Source: Candidatus Bathyarchaeota archaeon
GTDB lineage: Archaea; Thermoproteota; Bathyarchaeia; Bathyarchaeales; Bathycorpusculaceae
Direction of reading: 5' to 3'
Assembly: GCA_963767735.1 (NCBI GenBank)
Contig: CAVYES010000005.1
Location: forward strand, 352,001-416,000
DNA length: 64,000 nucleotides
The translations under genes and the position numbers were made by a program. Shown one piece after another: positions 1-9,084 of the stretch. Each line of letters starts with the position of its first letter. Within the stretch, counting starts at the first letter, position 1. The notes under the pieces were generated by a model that worked only from the letters and a program-made list of their open reading frames with translations, searched no databases and was not told where the DNA came from.

Positions 1-787
1 TTATCTGGTAGAGGTTTGGCCAGTCCTTGCCTGTTACGTAGAGTCTGTTGTTTTGTTGGTCGTATGCTATGCCGTTTAGTACGGCGTTTTGGTTTGGATT
101 ATTTGAGTCTGGTAGGTCTGCGAGGTTTATCCACGCTTTAACTTGTCCATTTTGCGGGTTGATTATGGCGATTGTATTTGTCATCCAGATGTTGGCGTAA
201 ACTTCACCATTGATGTAATCCAGCGAGTTGATGTTCAATACAGATGTGTTTCCGTTGTGAACTTGGATTTCTCCTGTCTGCTGAAGCGTTGCTGGATTCA
301 AGAAGTAGAGGTGGTCGGTGCCGTCGCTCATAATCAGGTTTTTGCCGTCAAATGTTAAGCCCCAGCCCTGCGTGGGATAAGAAAAATTTCCCAGCAACGC
401 AAACGTGGTTTTGTTGTAGATGAAGCCTATGTTTGACTGCCACGTTAACTGTATGATGGTGTCGTTGACGATGGCTATGCCTTCCCCGAAATACTGAGTC
501 GGCAACGTAACCTCCTGCAGCACCTCGCCTGTAGTTAAGTTCTCACGCCGCAGAGTTGAAGCACCATTAAAGCTGCCTGAACTCTCGTAGAGAAAACCAT
601 TCGAGTACACAAGCCCCTCCGTGAAGGCATTTGTATCATGCGGATACGTGTTAACTATACTGCAAGTGTACTGTGTCACAGCGGAGTTGGCTGAACCGTT
701 ACTGCTGTCGAAGATGACAATTAGGGAAGCGCTCAAAACAATTACGATAACCACGAGCAAGATTGCTATTACTAATGGCTTCTTCAT
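1..787 (-). CDS. Glutaminyl-peptide cyclotransferase (bacterial/plant type) with N-terminal membrane anchor; 3' end beyond the window
   Basis: Manual minus-strand translation: MKKPLVIAILLVV...YPHDTNAFTEGL...QYFGEGI...QLTWQ...QGWGLT...MSDGT...VLNGIAYD...LYVTGKDWPNLYQI; absent from the ORF track because it runs off the edge. Confidence 0.88.
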   Translation of the reverse strand, partial: MKKPLVIAILLVVIVIVLSASLIVIFDSSNGSANSAVTQYTCSIVNTYPHDTNAFTEGLVYSNGFLYESSGSFNGASTLRRENLTTGEVLQEVTLPTQYFGEGIAIVNDTIIQLTWQSNIGFIYNKTTFALLGNFSYPTQGWGLTFDGKNLIMSDGTDHLYFLNPATLQQTGEIQVHNGNTSVLNINSLDYINGEVYANIWMTNTIAIINPQNGQVKAWINLADLPDSNNPNQNAVLNGIAYDQQNNRLYVTGKDWPNLYQI

Positions 788-960
788 TGTAATTTCAATA
801 AACATTTCCCTTTAATATGCGAAACGGACAAAGCCGCCCATTTTTGCCTTGTAAACCCCGAGTTGAACAGCATAGTTTTGTTTATCTAATTGGGAAAATA
901 GACTTAAGCCTTCTTTGGATTAAAAGCAAGAAAAAACCCGTTAGGACGGAGAAATAAAAG

Positions 961-1555
961 ATGCAATGTCCCACATGTGGAAAGGAAAATGCTGAGGAAA
1001 ACATTTACTGCAACTGGTGCGGAAACAAAATGACGGGCTCAACCCAAAGCCAGTCTGCTGCGCAAAGCCCTCAAAATCAGGTTGTTTCTCAAAACACGCC
1101 TGTAAACCAGTCTTCGTCTGGCGTTGAAGACGAAGTTAGGGCCGTTATTATTAAGAGGTTTGATGCCATAAAGAATAAAGATGAAAAAGCAGTTACGGCG
1201 CTTTTGGATGAGAGCTACAGTAAATTTGACGATTGGCCTCCTTACCAAATACAGCAGCGTGCACAAGCCCTGCAGAACGAGTTCACCGCGTTCAAGGTGC
1301 TCTCCAACTATACATACGAAATCAAAGATTTCAAAGCCACCGTACTGGGCGAGGCAGCCTTAAGCCACCTTCACCATAAACTACAAAGCAACCATGAGAA
1401 ACCAACAGTTCGACGTAACTTCACGCGTAACCGCCGTACTGAAAAAACAAGACTCATCTTGGAAACTAGTCCATGAGCACCTATCCCGTTTCCCCGCAGA
1501 AAGACATCCAGACCAGCAGCGGCAACCCGGACATCGCAGGGGATTCCCTTTTTAG
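961..1555 (+). CDS. Zinc-ribbon plus SnoaL/NTF2-like (DUF4440-type) protein, one frameshift near 1363
   Basis: CPTC...CNWC N-terminus; the alternative frame continues ATFTINYKATMRNQQFDVTSRVTAVLKKQDSSWKLVHEHLS to TAG at 1553-1555. Confidence 0.75.
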
Positions 1556-1717
1556 CCAAAGCTCTTCCCGTTTCGAATTAGCGTTCTAAGATGCAACACA
1601 ACACCTCCCTCAGATGGGTCACTTTGCTTGTTCTTGGAACGCGTTTCAGCAGATTTATGAACCGTTGCTTTTGCGGGTGAAAATCTGAAATGTTTAAATA
1701 AAAAATGCTTTATAATT

Positions 1718-2482
1718 TTGGGCATGAGCTCTAAAAGAAACAGCAAAGTTAAAACTTACAATCCTAAAACGCGTGGCAAAAACCGAAAACTGATCGCAGT
1801 AGCAATTATAGCCGTCCTCGCCATCGCAATTGCCGCTTACGTTGTGATTGATCAAAACGGCTCGCATAAGCCAAGTTCTAATCAAGTGGCAAACACCCCT
1901 TCGCCATCTCCAACTTCCACTGCAAGCAGTCCATCTCCAACTCCCACTTCGACTAGTTCGTACCCATCTGTGACTCCGCTGACTTCCCCAGCAGGCGAAT
2001 ACAGTGCAAGCAGCATCAAGGTTCTCTTCATAACTTCCATGGGTGACATAGTTATCCAGATGAGAAATGACAAACCAATAACCACAGCCAACTTTGTAAA
2101 TCTTGTTAAGGAAGGATACTACAACAACACCATCTTCCATAGGGTTATCGCTGGCTTCATGATTCAAGGCGGAGAAGGCAAAACCTCTGAACCCACTATT
2201 AAAGACGAAATAGGCAACGACAACGTCAACAAAGACATGACCATCGCCATGGCAAAAACGGGAGCGCCAAACTCAGCAAGCACCCAATTCTTCATCAACG
2301 TAGCAGATAACAGCAGCCCAAGCTTTGATGCTTCATACACCGTCTTTGGTCAAGTAATATATGGTCAAAACGTTGTAATGGCAATTTCACAAGTGCATGT
2401 GGAAGCAAATCCAGCTTACAACGGCGAGGTTTCTGAACCAATAACACCCGTGACCTTAATCGGCGCAGTAGTCATGCCATAG
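1718..2482 (+). CDS. Membrane-anchored cyclophilin-type peptidyl-prolyl isomerase
   Basis: FHRVIAGFMIQGG, AMAKTGAPNSASTQFFIN, YTVFGQV motifs; N-terminal TM helix and S/T/P linker. Confidence 0.92.
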   Translation: MGMSSKRNSKVKTYNPKTRGKNRKLIAVAIIAVLAIAIAAYVVIDQNGSHKPSSNQVANTPSPSPTSTASSPSPTPTSTSSYPSVTPLTSPAGEYSASSIKVLFITSMGDIVIQMRNDKPITTANFVNLVKEGYYNNTIFHRVIAGFMIQGGEGKTSEPTIKDEIGNDNVNKDMTIAMAKTGAPNSASTQFFINVADNSSPSFDASYTVFGQVIYGQNVVMAISQVHVEANPAYNGEVSEPITPVTLIGAVVMP

Positions 2483-2709
2483 CTCCCCATCAACCACCAT
2501 TCTTTTGTTTGTACTCAATTGTCTGTTCAAATCGTTTTTGTATTGTTGTCTCTTAAAAGTTTACGTGGAAAGCAATTCCTTGATAGCTTGATACATTATG
2601 CTTCTTAATTTTCGGGTTTACGGTATGCGGTCACGGTGAATTTGGCTTCCATTGCTCTCCGATAAACATAAAAACATAAGTTTACTTCTTGTTAAGCGGT
2701 GATTTGTTT

Positions 2710-3039
2710 TTGAAGAAATTTATGATTTTGTATATGGCACCAGCTTCCGTGATGGAAGCTCAAATGAAAATGAGTCCTGAAGATATGAAGAAAGGGATGG
2801 AGCCTTGGCTTGCTTGGTTTAAGAGATGCGAGAAATCGATAGTTGATAACGGCAACATGTTGGGAAACGGGATGCATTTTACTAAGACGGGCAGTTCTAA
2901 AGGGCAAACAGAAGTGACAGGCTACTCTATTGTTCAAGCAAAAGACATGGATGCTGTAAAAGCAATAATCGCCGACCACCCGCATTTCATGATGCCAAAA
3001 GCAACCATCGAAATCCTCGAAATAATACCCATGATGTAA
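2710..3039 (+). CDS. YCII-related domain protein
   Basis: KKFMILY...WLAWF...VTGYSIVQAKDMDAV...HPH...IEILEI pattern; start assigned to TTG at 2710. Confidence 0.7.
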   Translation: MKKFMILYMAPASVMEAQMKMSPEDMKKGMEPWLAWFKRCEKSIVDNGNMLGNGMHFTKTGSSKGQTEVTGYSIVQAKDMDAVKAIIADHPHFMMPKATIEILEIIPMM

Positions 3040-3131
3040 AGCAGCATACTACAAAATAGATCCGTGAGAATTTTTTTTTAAATTTTTTTGAATGGCCAAG
3101 CAATAGCGTCTATGCGCCTTTGATATAGCGG

Positions 3132-3326
3132 TTACCTGCTCGACGGATTTTCTGCACGCTCGTTTGCCTTTTCGAGAAACCGCCTGATCAAGTCTAAGTC
3201 TGCTTGGACGGTTTCCATTTGTCGGCATCGGGTCAAAAGCGTCCTGTAACCGTCGAGCTTTTCGCCTTTCTTTAGGTACCTTTTGGCTATGTGCCTTTCG
3301 CTTTCGGTCAGGATGTACTTTCGCAT
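3132..3326 (-). CDS. Small basic hypothetical protein
   Basis: 64-aa ATG ORF with protein-like composition, preceded by palindromes at about 3368-3401. Confidence 0.5.
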   Translation of the reverse strand: MRKYILTESERHIAKRYLKKGEKLDGYRTLLTRCRQMETVQADLDLIRRFLEKANERAENPSSR

Positions 3327-3659
3327 ATTATTTGCCTTGGATCAGTTTGAAAGAAGTGGAATAATAATGTTACTATTGTGGTAATACTATTATAGTAGCA
3401 TTTTTGCTCTGAAAATCTCCAGCGGAAACGTTGGGGTGTTCATTAACCCACATACAGCTACCATTGCAGTAGCAATGAAAAGTGCGGATCCGTTATCTGC
3501 AAAGAGGATGATTTCAGCGAGAGTAGCTCCCTTGAAGAAGAATCTTGACAACTCATCTAGGCAAGCTTTGAATCTGCCAGCAACTTCACTAGCAAAAAGC
3601 TCTTTAGAAAATGAAAGAAACCGCCAAAACATCGCAAAAATGTCCGAAATTTACTCTAC

Positions 3660-3705
3660 TGGACGGGGGGATTTGAACTCTCAGCAAAGTGGAGATGTCA
3701 CCCGC
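3660..3705 (-). repeat. Degenerate tRNA-Ala 3'-end copy plus 19-bp conserved site (att-like site A1)
   Basis: tggacggggggatttgaac-tctcagca-aagtggagatgtcacccgc. Confidence 0.8.
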
Positions 3706-3773
3706 GATTTCCTTTTTTTTCTAAATTTTTGTTACTGAAAACCGTTTGAACTACGTTTGAGGGAACATACCCT

Positions 3774-3792
3774 AAGTGGTGGTGTCTCCCGC
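3774..3792. repeat. 19-bp conserved site, B-type copy
   Basis: aagtggtggtgtctcccgc. Confidence 0.75.
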
Positions 3793-3849
3793 ATAATCCC
3801 CTCTTTTTCTTTTTTATGTTCCCAATTTTCTCCGAAGTTTTTGTCTCTT

Positions 3850-5280
3850 CAGTAGATGGAAAAGTAGCTTAAGGGTTTGATATTAGTATTTTAGTGCAAA
3901 CAATTGAGATCTTGCGCTCAGACGATAAAGCGTAAATCAAAAGAACGAAAAGTTTCAAGCAAAGTCTTCAAGTTCACAGCCAACCTGCTCAACAACTACC
4001 TGCAGTTTCCAGCAGCCAAAAACAGCCTCTACACCAGCAGTCATATCAACCAATGTCTAATCCAACTCTCGCTCTCCCAAAGCTACGCTGAAGGCGGCTT
4101 ATTAGACCTCTCAGAAAAATGCGCTATGCCAAACAAGGTTCCCACGGGAAGAACCTTCAGAGGAAGAATAGAGCGTTTAGCTGAGAAGCAGATTCGAGAC
4201 TCACTTATAGAAGCAAACGATCAGGTTCTACTCATCCTACGATGCTATAGCATCTTCAGACGCAAAGCAGTGGTTGCAATTGATTATACCAGGCAACCGT
4301 TCTACGGAAACCCAGACGCTAAGAATGTGATAGGCGGCAAACAGGAGAGAGGAACAAATTGGGGCTACACGTATGCCAGCATGGATATTGTTGAAGCCGG
4401 AAGACGATTAGCAATCTACTCTATTACCGTAAACCAGTTCAGCGAGAAAGCACAGGTTGTAGAGAAACTACTCTTTGAAGCAAAGGCAAGAGGGGTACAC
4501 ATCAGTATAGTGCTGCTTGACCGCGCATTCTTCACAGTAGACGTCATTACTATGCTCAAGAGTTTAGGCGTCTATTTCATCATTCCAGCGGTTAAGAATG
4601 GCACAGTCAAAGAAGCAATGATGAACTATGACCAGAAGCAGCGAGCCAAACGTTTCACTTTGGGCAATAAAAGAAAAAGCGTCAGCTTCACTCTCTACAT
4701 CTATAAACGACCAGCAGGGCAGTTGCCGAAAAAGAAGAAGCTTACTGTTTGTGATCTCTATTTTGGTTTTGCAACGAATCTTCCAAGGTCTTTGGCTCTT
4801 GCGTTGCCGTCGTCTATTCCTTCTGAGTACAGGCGGAGGTGGGGTATTGAGACTGGTTATCGTGTGCAGGATAATGCTCAGGCTAAAACTACAAGCACCA
4901 ACTACAAGCTTAGGCTGCTCTACCAGATGGCTTCTGTGCTGCTCTACAATGTTTGGCATTACGCTAACTTTCTGCTCTGCAGGGCTTTGAAGAAGGCGTT
5001 TGATAGGCCAGTTTTGACGTTGACGCGGTTGGCTGTGCATTTTGAAGGCTTTGTTATTGGCGGGTTAGGGCCACCTCGACGGTAAGCATTCTCAGATGCA
5101 GTTCGAGGGACTCGATCGCGTAGATCAGACCCTAAACTCCGCCACTTTCTCAACTATTCAAGCCTTCAGGATATAAAACTGTTCAATGAAAAAGCTTGCT
5201 TAGAACGCTCCGATCGAGGAATTGTTATGATTACGATGTGAATGAAGCATCAGAATCATAAACTACTTTTCCATCTACTG
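3850..5280 (+). mobile_element. Insertion sequence, ISH3/IS4-like family, apparently intact
   Basis: Perfect 18-bp terminal inverted repeats (cagtagatggaaaagtag at 3850-3867, reverse complement at 5263-5280); 5-bp target duplication ctctt; empty site visible in the paralogous leader near 8856. Confidence 0.95.
3904..5085 (+). CDS. DDE transposase (ISH3/IS4-like)
   Basis: VAIDYT, VLLDRAFF, YRRRWGIETGYR motifs. Confidence 0.92.
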   Translation: MRSCAQTIKRKSKERKVSSKVFKFTANLLNNYLQFPAAKNSLYTSSHINQCLIQLSLSQSYAEGGLLDLSEKCAMPNKVPTGRTFRGRIERLAEKQIRDSLIEANDQVLLILRCYSIFRRKAVVAIDYTRQPFYGNPDAKNVIGGKQERGTNWGYTYASMDIVEAGRRLAIYSITVNQFSEKAQVVEKLLFEAKARGVHISIVLLDRAFFTVDVITMLKSLGVYFIIPAVKNGTVKEAMMNYDQKQRAKRFTLGNKRKSVSFTLYIYKRPAGQLPKKKKLTVCDLYFGFATNLPRSLALALPSSIPSEYRRRWGIETGYRVQDNAQAKTTSTNYKLRLLYQMASVLLYNVWHYANFLLCRALKKAFDRPVLTLTRLAVHFEGFVIGGLGPPRR

Positions 5281-5508
5281 CTCTTTGAGCTAAATTTATA
5301 TAAATTAGTTATTTATTATAAGATAGACTAATTTTTGTAATAAAATAAGCGAAAATGCCACTATTTACCCAAGTTTTATAAGGAAGTTGGCAAGATATGG
5401 GGCTTTCGGGTAAGAAACATGAATGCTATAAATGCTCTCGCCCAAAAAAGAGTTTTTTTATGTATTTATGCTTCTTGCTAAAAAAAATAAAATTGAAGGA
5501 AAAGAAAA

Positions 5509-8430
5509 ATGCAAAATATAAAAGGTAAAACTTTGGCTATTTTGATTGCAGCAATTTTAACAATTTCCATAGGAGCTTCAACAGCATTAATGCCGAGCGC
5601 TAGTGCACATACACCTGCATGGCAAATTCCAACTTTCGCCTACATTTTTGCGGAACCTAACCCTATTGGCGTCGGTCAGACAATACAAGTTTACATGTGG
5701 CTTGACCCTGTTTATGGAGCGGCTGGCGGAACAGTTGCAACTGTTGGCACTAATGGTTACACCGCCAGTACAGCATTGCTAGCAAACGACTATAGATTCG
5801 ATAACTACAAGCTTACCATCACAGCGCCCAGCGGTGCAGTCTCAACAGAGACTTGGGCTGTAGTAACAGATCCAACCTCAGCACAGGAAACGTCATTTAC
5901 CCCCAGCGCCGCCGGCACGTACAATTTCACCTTTAGCTTTCCGGGACAGACCTACGGAGTAAATGGTGACGGTTTTGCAGGTTCACCTCTGATTAACGAT
6001 ACATATCTGCCAAGCAGTGCATCAACAACGCTTACTGTTCAGTCATCGCCGATTCCTGCGGCTGTAGGTAGTTCTCCGCTTCCAACTGTTTATTGGCAAA
6101 GCCCTGTTTACGGTGAGAACACTAACTGGTATTCGATTACGTCAAACTGGCTAGGTACAGGTTCACCGGTTCCAGCAGGGTATACTAGCGACACACTGTA
6201 CCATGGTGACAACCTAGGACCTCTGACTTCTCATATCATGTGGACAGGCCAACTTCAAGACGGAGGAGTTGTTGGAGGAAACTATTTTGCTAATGATCAG
6301 GGCGTCGGCTTCTTCGAGGGTTCTTCATACCAGCCAAGATTCGGCAATCCGATACTAATTGACGGATACCTATACTACACAGAACCAGCAGCATTCACAG
6401 GTTCCACAAGTGGACCAACAGTCTGCGTTAACCTGCAAACAGGGCAACAAATTTGGAGCAGCACTACCATACCTGCACTATCATTCGGTTACGAATATGA
6501 CCTATGGGACCCCGACCAGCACGGATCTTTTCCACCAATCTTAGTCGCAGCCAATTCAATTACAGGCAACTGGCAACTTTATGATGCATACACAGGAGAC
6601 GCATTGTTCAACGTAACTGGTGTTCCGTCAGGCTCGGCGACAATGGGTCCAAGCGGTGAAGTGTTGAGATATGTCTTTAACAACGCAGGCACAGTCGCAA
6701 ATCCACATTGGTATTTGGCTGAGTGGAACATGTCCAAACTATGGCAGTACGATATAATCCCATATACCGGCGCTGGAAGCACATCACCAGACCCTATAAA
6801 TGCAACAAACGGAGTTCTCATTCCAACGCTGCCTATTCCAATTCAAGGCGAGTATGGTACCGCTCCAAATGGAGCAAGTGTTCTTGTTCCCTACGGTTCG
6901 ACAATAACAGTCAACGCTAACATTCCTATTGACGACACTGCCCTTGCCCCTGGAACGACAACGCCTATCGGACAAATCAATGGTGATTCTTTAACTACTT
7001 ATGACTGGAACGTCTCGGTACCTTGGGTAAATACTATGCCTCCGCCATATTCCACTGTTGGCGTCACAGGACAATTAATACCTCCAGCTCCGGGAGCAAA
7101 TCCAGTAACGGTAGAGTTTGTTAATTATGGCGATGTCATGCTTTGCATAAATGGTTCCCTACCTACTGGTTTCGACAGGACCTATTCTGGCTATCCAGAG
7201 CTTCCATGGACAATGTTTACTGTCAACCTCAACGCATCTATGGGCGCAATCGGTTCGGTACTGTGGATGCAGACCTATAATCCGCCATTAGGCAACCTTA
7301 CTGTTCTGTGTGACGGAGCCGACTTCCAAACTCGTGTGTTTGTTTTGAGTTATGAGGAAACTATGCAATGGGTAGGATACAGTCTGACAACGGGTGCACT
7401 GCTATGGGGTCCAACTACTTCCTTACCTAACGACTTCAATTATTATAGTACATCATATACTTATGCAAGTAACCTGGCTTACGGCAACATCTACTTCATG
7501 GGGTATGCAGGAGTACTTTACTGCTTTAGCGATTTGACTGGAAAAATACAGTGGACCTACGGTAACGGTCCAATGGGGTCCGACAACAGTACTAACGCCG
7601 GCTTTAACACGCCTTACGGTGATTATCCAACCAACATAGAATCCGTTGCTGATGGAGTAGTATACATATCTACGGAAATGCACACTATCAGCGACCCGAT
7701 TTACAAGGGCTGTACAGCAGCCGCTATTAACGCTACCAACGGACAACTAATCTGGGGTCTTTCCGATTACTGCAGCGAGTGGACCGCCCCAGGCAGTTCT
7801 TGGGTTGTCGCAGATGGCTATGCAACATTCATGAACGGTTACAACAACCAAATCTACAGTGTCGGCAGAGGACCCAGCGCAACCACAATACAAGCACCAC
7901 AGACTACTGTCACAGCAGGGACCAACGTGGTAATCCAAGGTACAGTGATGGATAAGTCCGCTGGCACGCAGCAGAGCCAACAGTTAGCTGACTTTCCAAA
8001 CGGGGTTCCATGTGCATCAGATGCAAGCATGCAGGCTTGGATGGGCTACGTTTACCAGCAGCAACCAGAGCCAACCAACTTCACAGGCGTAACAGTAACA
8101 TTGACCGCTATTGATCCAAACGGCAACTTCGTAACTCTCGGCACAGCTACAACTGATTCAAGCGGCTTATACCACTACACTTGGACCCCTCCGAGTATTC
8201 CAGGAAACTACCTCGTCACAGCAACATTCGCTGGCACCAACGGCTATTGGGGATCAAGGGCTGAAACTGCCATGACAGTACAAGGAGCAACTTCTGCTAC
8301 TGCGGTGCCTACAGCTACTCCGGCTTCTGTCGCTAATGTGTACTTTGTTCCTGCAATCGCTGGCTTATTCGTTTTAATCATCATAGTCCTTGCCTTAGTG
8401 ATCTTAATGATGCTCAGGAAACGACCATAA
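5509..8430 (+). CDS. Large membrane-anchored surface protein with PQQ-like beta-propeller repeats and Ig-like domains (copy 1)
   Basis: Signal peptide; repeats CVNLQTGQQIW, YSLTTGALLWG, FSDLTGKIQW, AINATNGQLIW; many N-x-S/T sequons; C-terminal TM helix plus RKRP. Confidence 0.85.
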   Translation: MQNIKGKTLAILIAAILTISIGASTALMPSASAHTPAWQIPTFAYIFAEPNPIGVGQTIQVYMWLDPVYGAAGGTVATVGTNGYTASTALLANDYRFDNYKLTITAPSGAVSTETWAVVTDPTSAQETSFTPSAAGTYNFTFSFPGQTYGVNGDGFAGSPLINDTYLPSSASTTLTVQSSPIPAAVGSSPLPTVYWQSPVYGENTNWYSITSNWLGTGSPVPAGYTSDTLYHGDNLGPLTSHIMWTGQLQDGGVVGGNYFANDQGVGFFEGSSYQPRFGNPILIDGYLYYTEPAAFTGSTSGPTVCVNLQTGQQIWSSTTIPALSFGYEYDLWDPDQHGSFPPILVAANSITGNWQLYDAYTGDALFNVTGVPSGSATMGPSGEVLRYVFNNAGTVANPHWYLAEWNMSKLWQYDIIPYTGAGSTSPDPINATNGVLIPTLPIPIQGEYGTAPNGASVLVPYGSTITVNANIPIDDTALAPGTTTPIGQINGDSLTTYDWNVSVPWVNTMPPPYSTVGVTGQLIPPAPGANPVTVEFVNYGDVMLCINGSLPTGFDRTYSGYPELPWTMFTVNLNASMGAIGSVLWMQTYNPPLGNLTVLCDGADFQTRVFVLSYEETMQWVGYSLTTGALLWGPTTSLPNDFNYYSTSYTYASNLAYGNIYFMGYAGVLYCFSDLTGKIQWTYGNGPMGSDNSTNAGFNTPYGDYPTNIESVADGVVYISTEMHTISDPIYKGCTAAAINATNGQLIWGLSDYCSEWTAPGSSWVVADGYATFMNGYNNQIYSVGRGPSATTIQAPQTTVTAGTNVVIQGTVMDKSAGTQQSQQLADFPNGVPCASDASMQAWMGYVYQQQPEPTNFTGVTVTLTAIDPNGNFVTLGTATTDSSGLYHYTWTPPSIPGNYLVTATFAGTNGYWGSRAETAMTVQGATSATAVPTATPASVANVYFVPAIAGLFVLIIIVLALVILMMLRKRP

Positions 8431-8667
8431 AAAGGATTAACAACCACAATCTCTCTTTCCCCTTTTTTTGTCTTAAAAGCACGTTGAAACATGAGGGCTG
8501 AGAAGGCTCTGGTTAATCACGATTTACGCTCTTGCTCAGTATCGTGGTGGCGCATTTGCATTTGCCTTCTTTTCTCCTTTAAAAGTTCCAGAGCCTCAAA
8601 AACCCCCAATTTATCTGATGCCATCAATCACTAATTGTTTTTTTAAAAAAAAAGTTTGATCTTCAAA

Positions 8668-8715
8668 TGGACTGGGGGGGATTTGAACCCCCGCCAAAGT
8701 GGAGATGTCACCCGC
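8668..8715 (-). repeat. Exact 26-bp copy of the tRNA-Ala 3' end plus 19-bp site (att-like site A2)
   Basis: 8668-8693 is identical to 12335-12360; aagtggagatgtcacccgc at 8697-8715. Confidence 0.92.
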
Positions 8716-8785
8716 AAAACCCTCTTTTTTCTAAATTTTAGTTACTAAAAAATCATTTGATCTACTGTTCGGTGGAACATACCCT

Positions 8786-8804
8786 AAGTGGTGATGTCTC
8801 CCGC
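8786..8804. repeat. 19-bp conserved site, B-type copy
   Basis: aagtggtgatgtctcccgc. Confidence 0.8.
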
Positions 8805-9084
8805 GCAATCCCTCTTTTTCTTTTTCATGTTCCCAATTTTCTCCGAAGTTTTTATCTCTTTGAGCTAAATTTACATAAATTAGCTATATTCATAAAAATG
8901 AACTAATTTTTGTAATAAAATAAGCGTAAATGCCACTATTCACCTAAGTTTTATAAGGAAGTTGGCAACATATGGGGCTTTCGGGTAAGAAACATGAATG
9001 CTATAAATGCTCTCGCCCAAAAAAGAGTTTTTTTTATGGATTTATGCTTCTTGCTAAAAAAAATAAAATTGAAGGAAAAGAAAA

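Noticed and set aside
3687-8804. 19-bp motif copies as a CRISPR array
   Set aside because: Only pairs about 88 bp apart with homologous intervening sequence, no unique spacers and no cas genes
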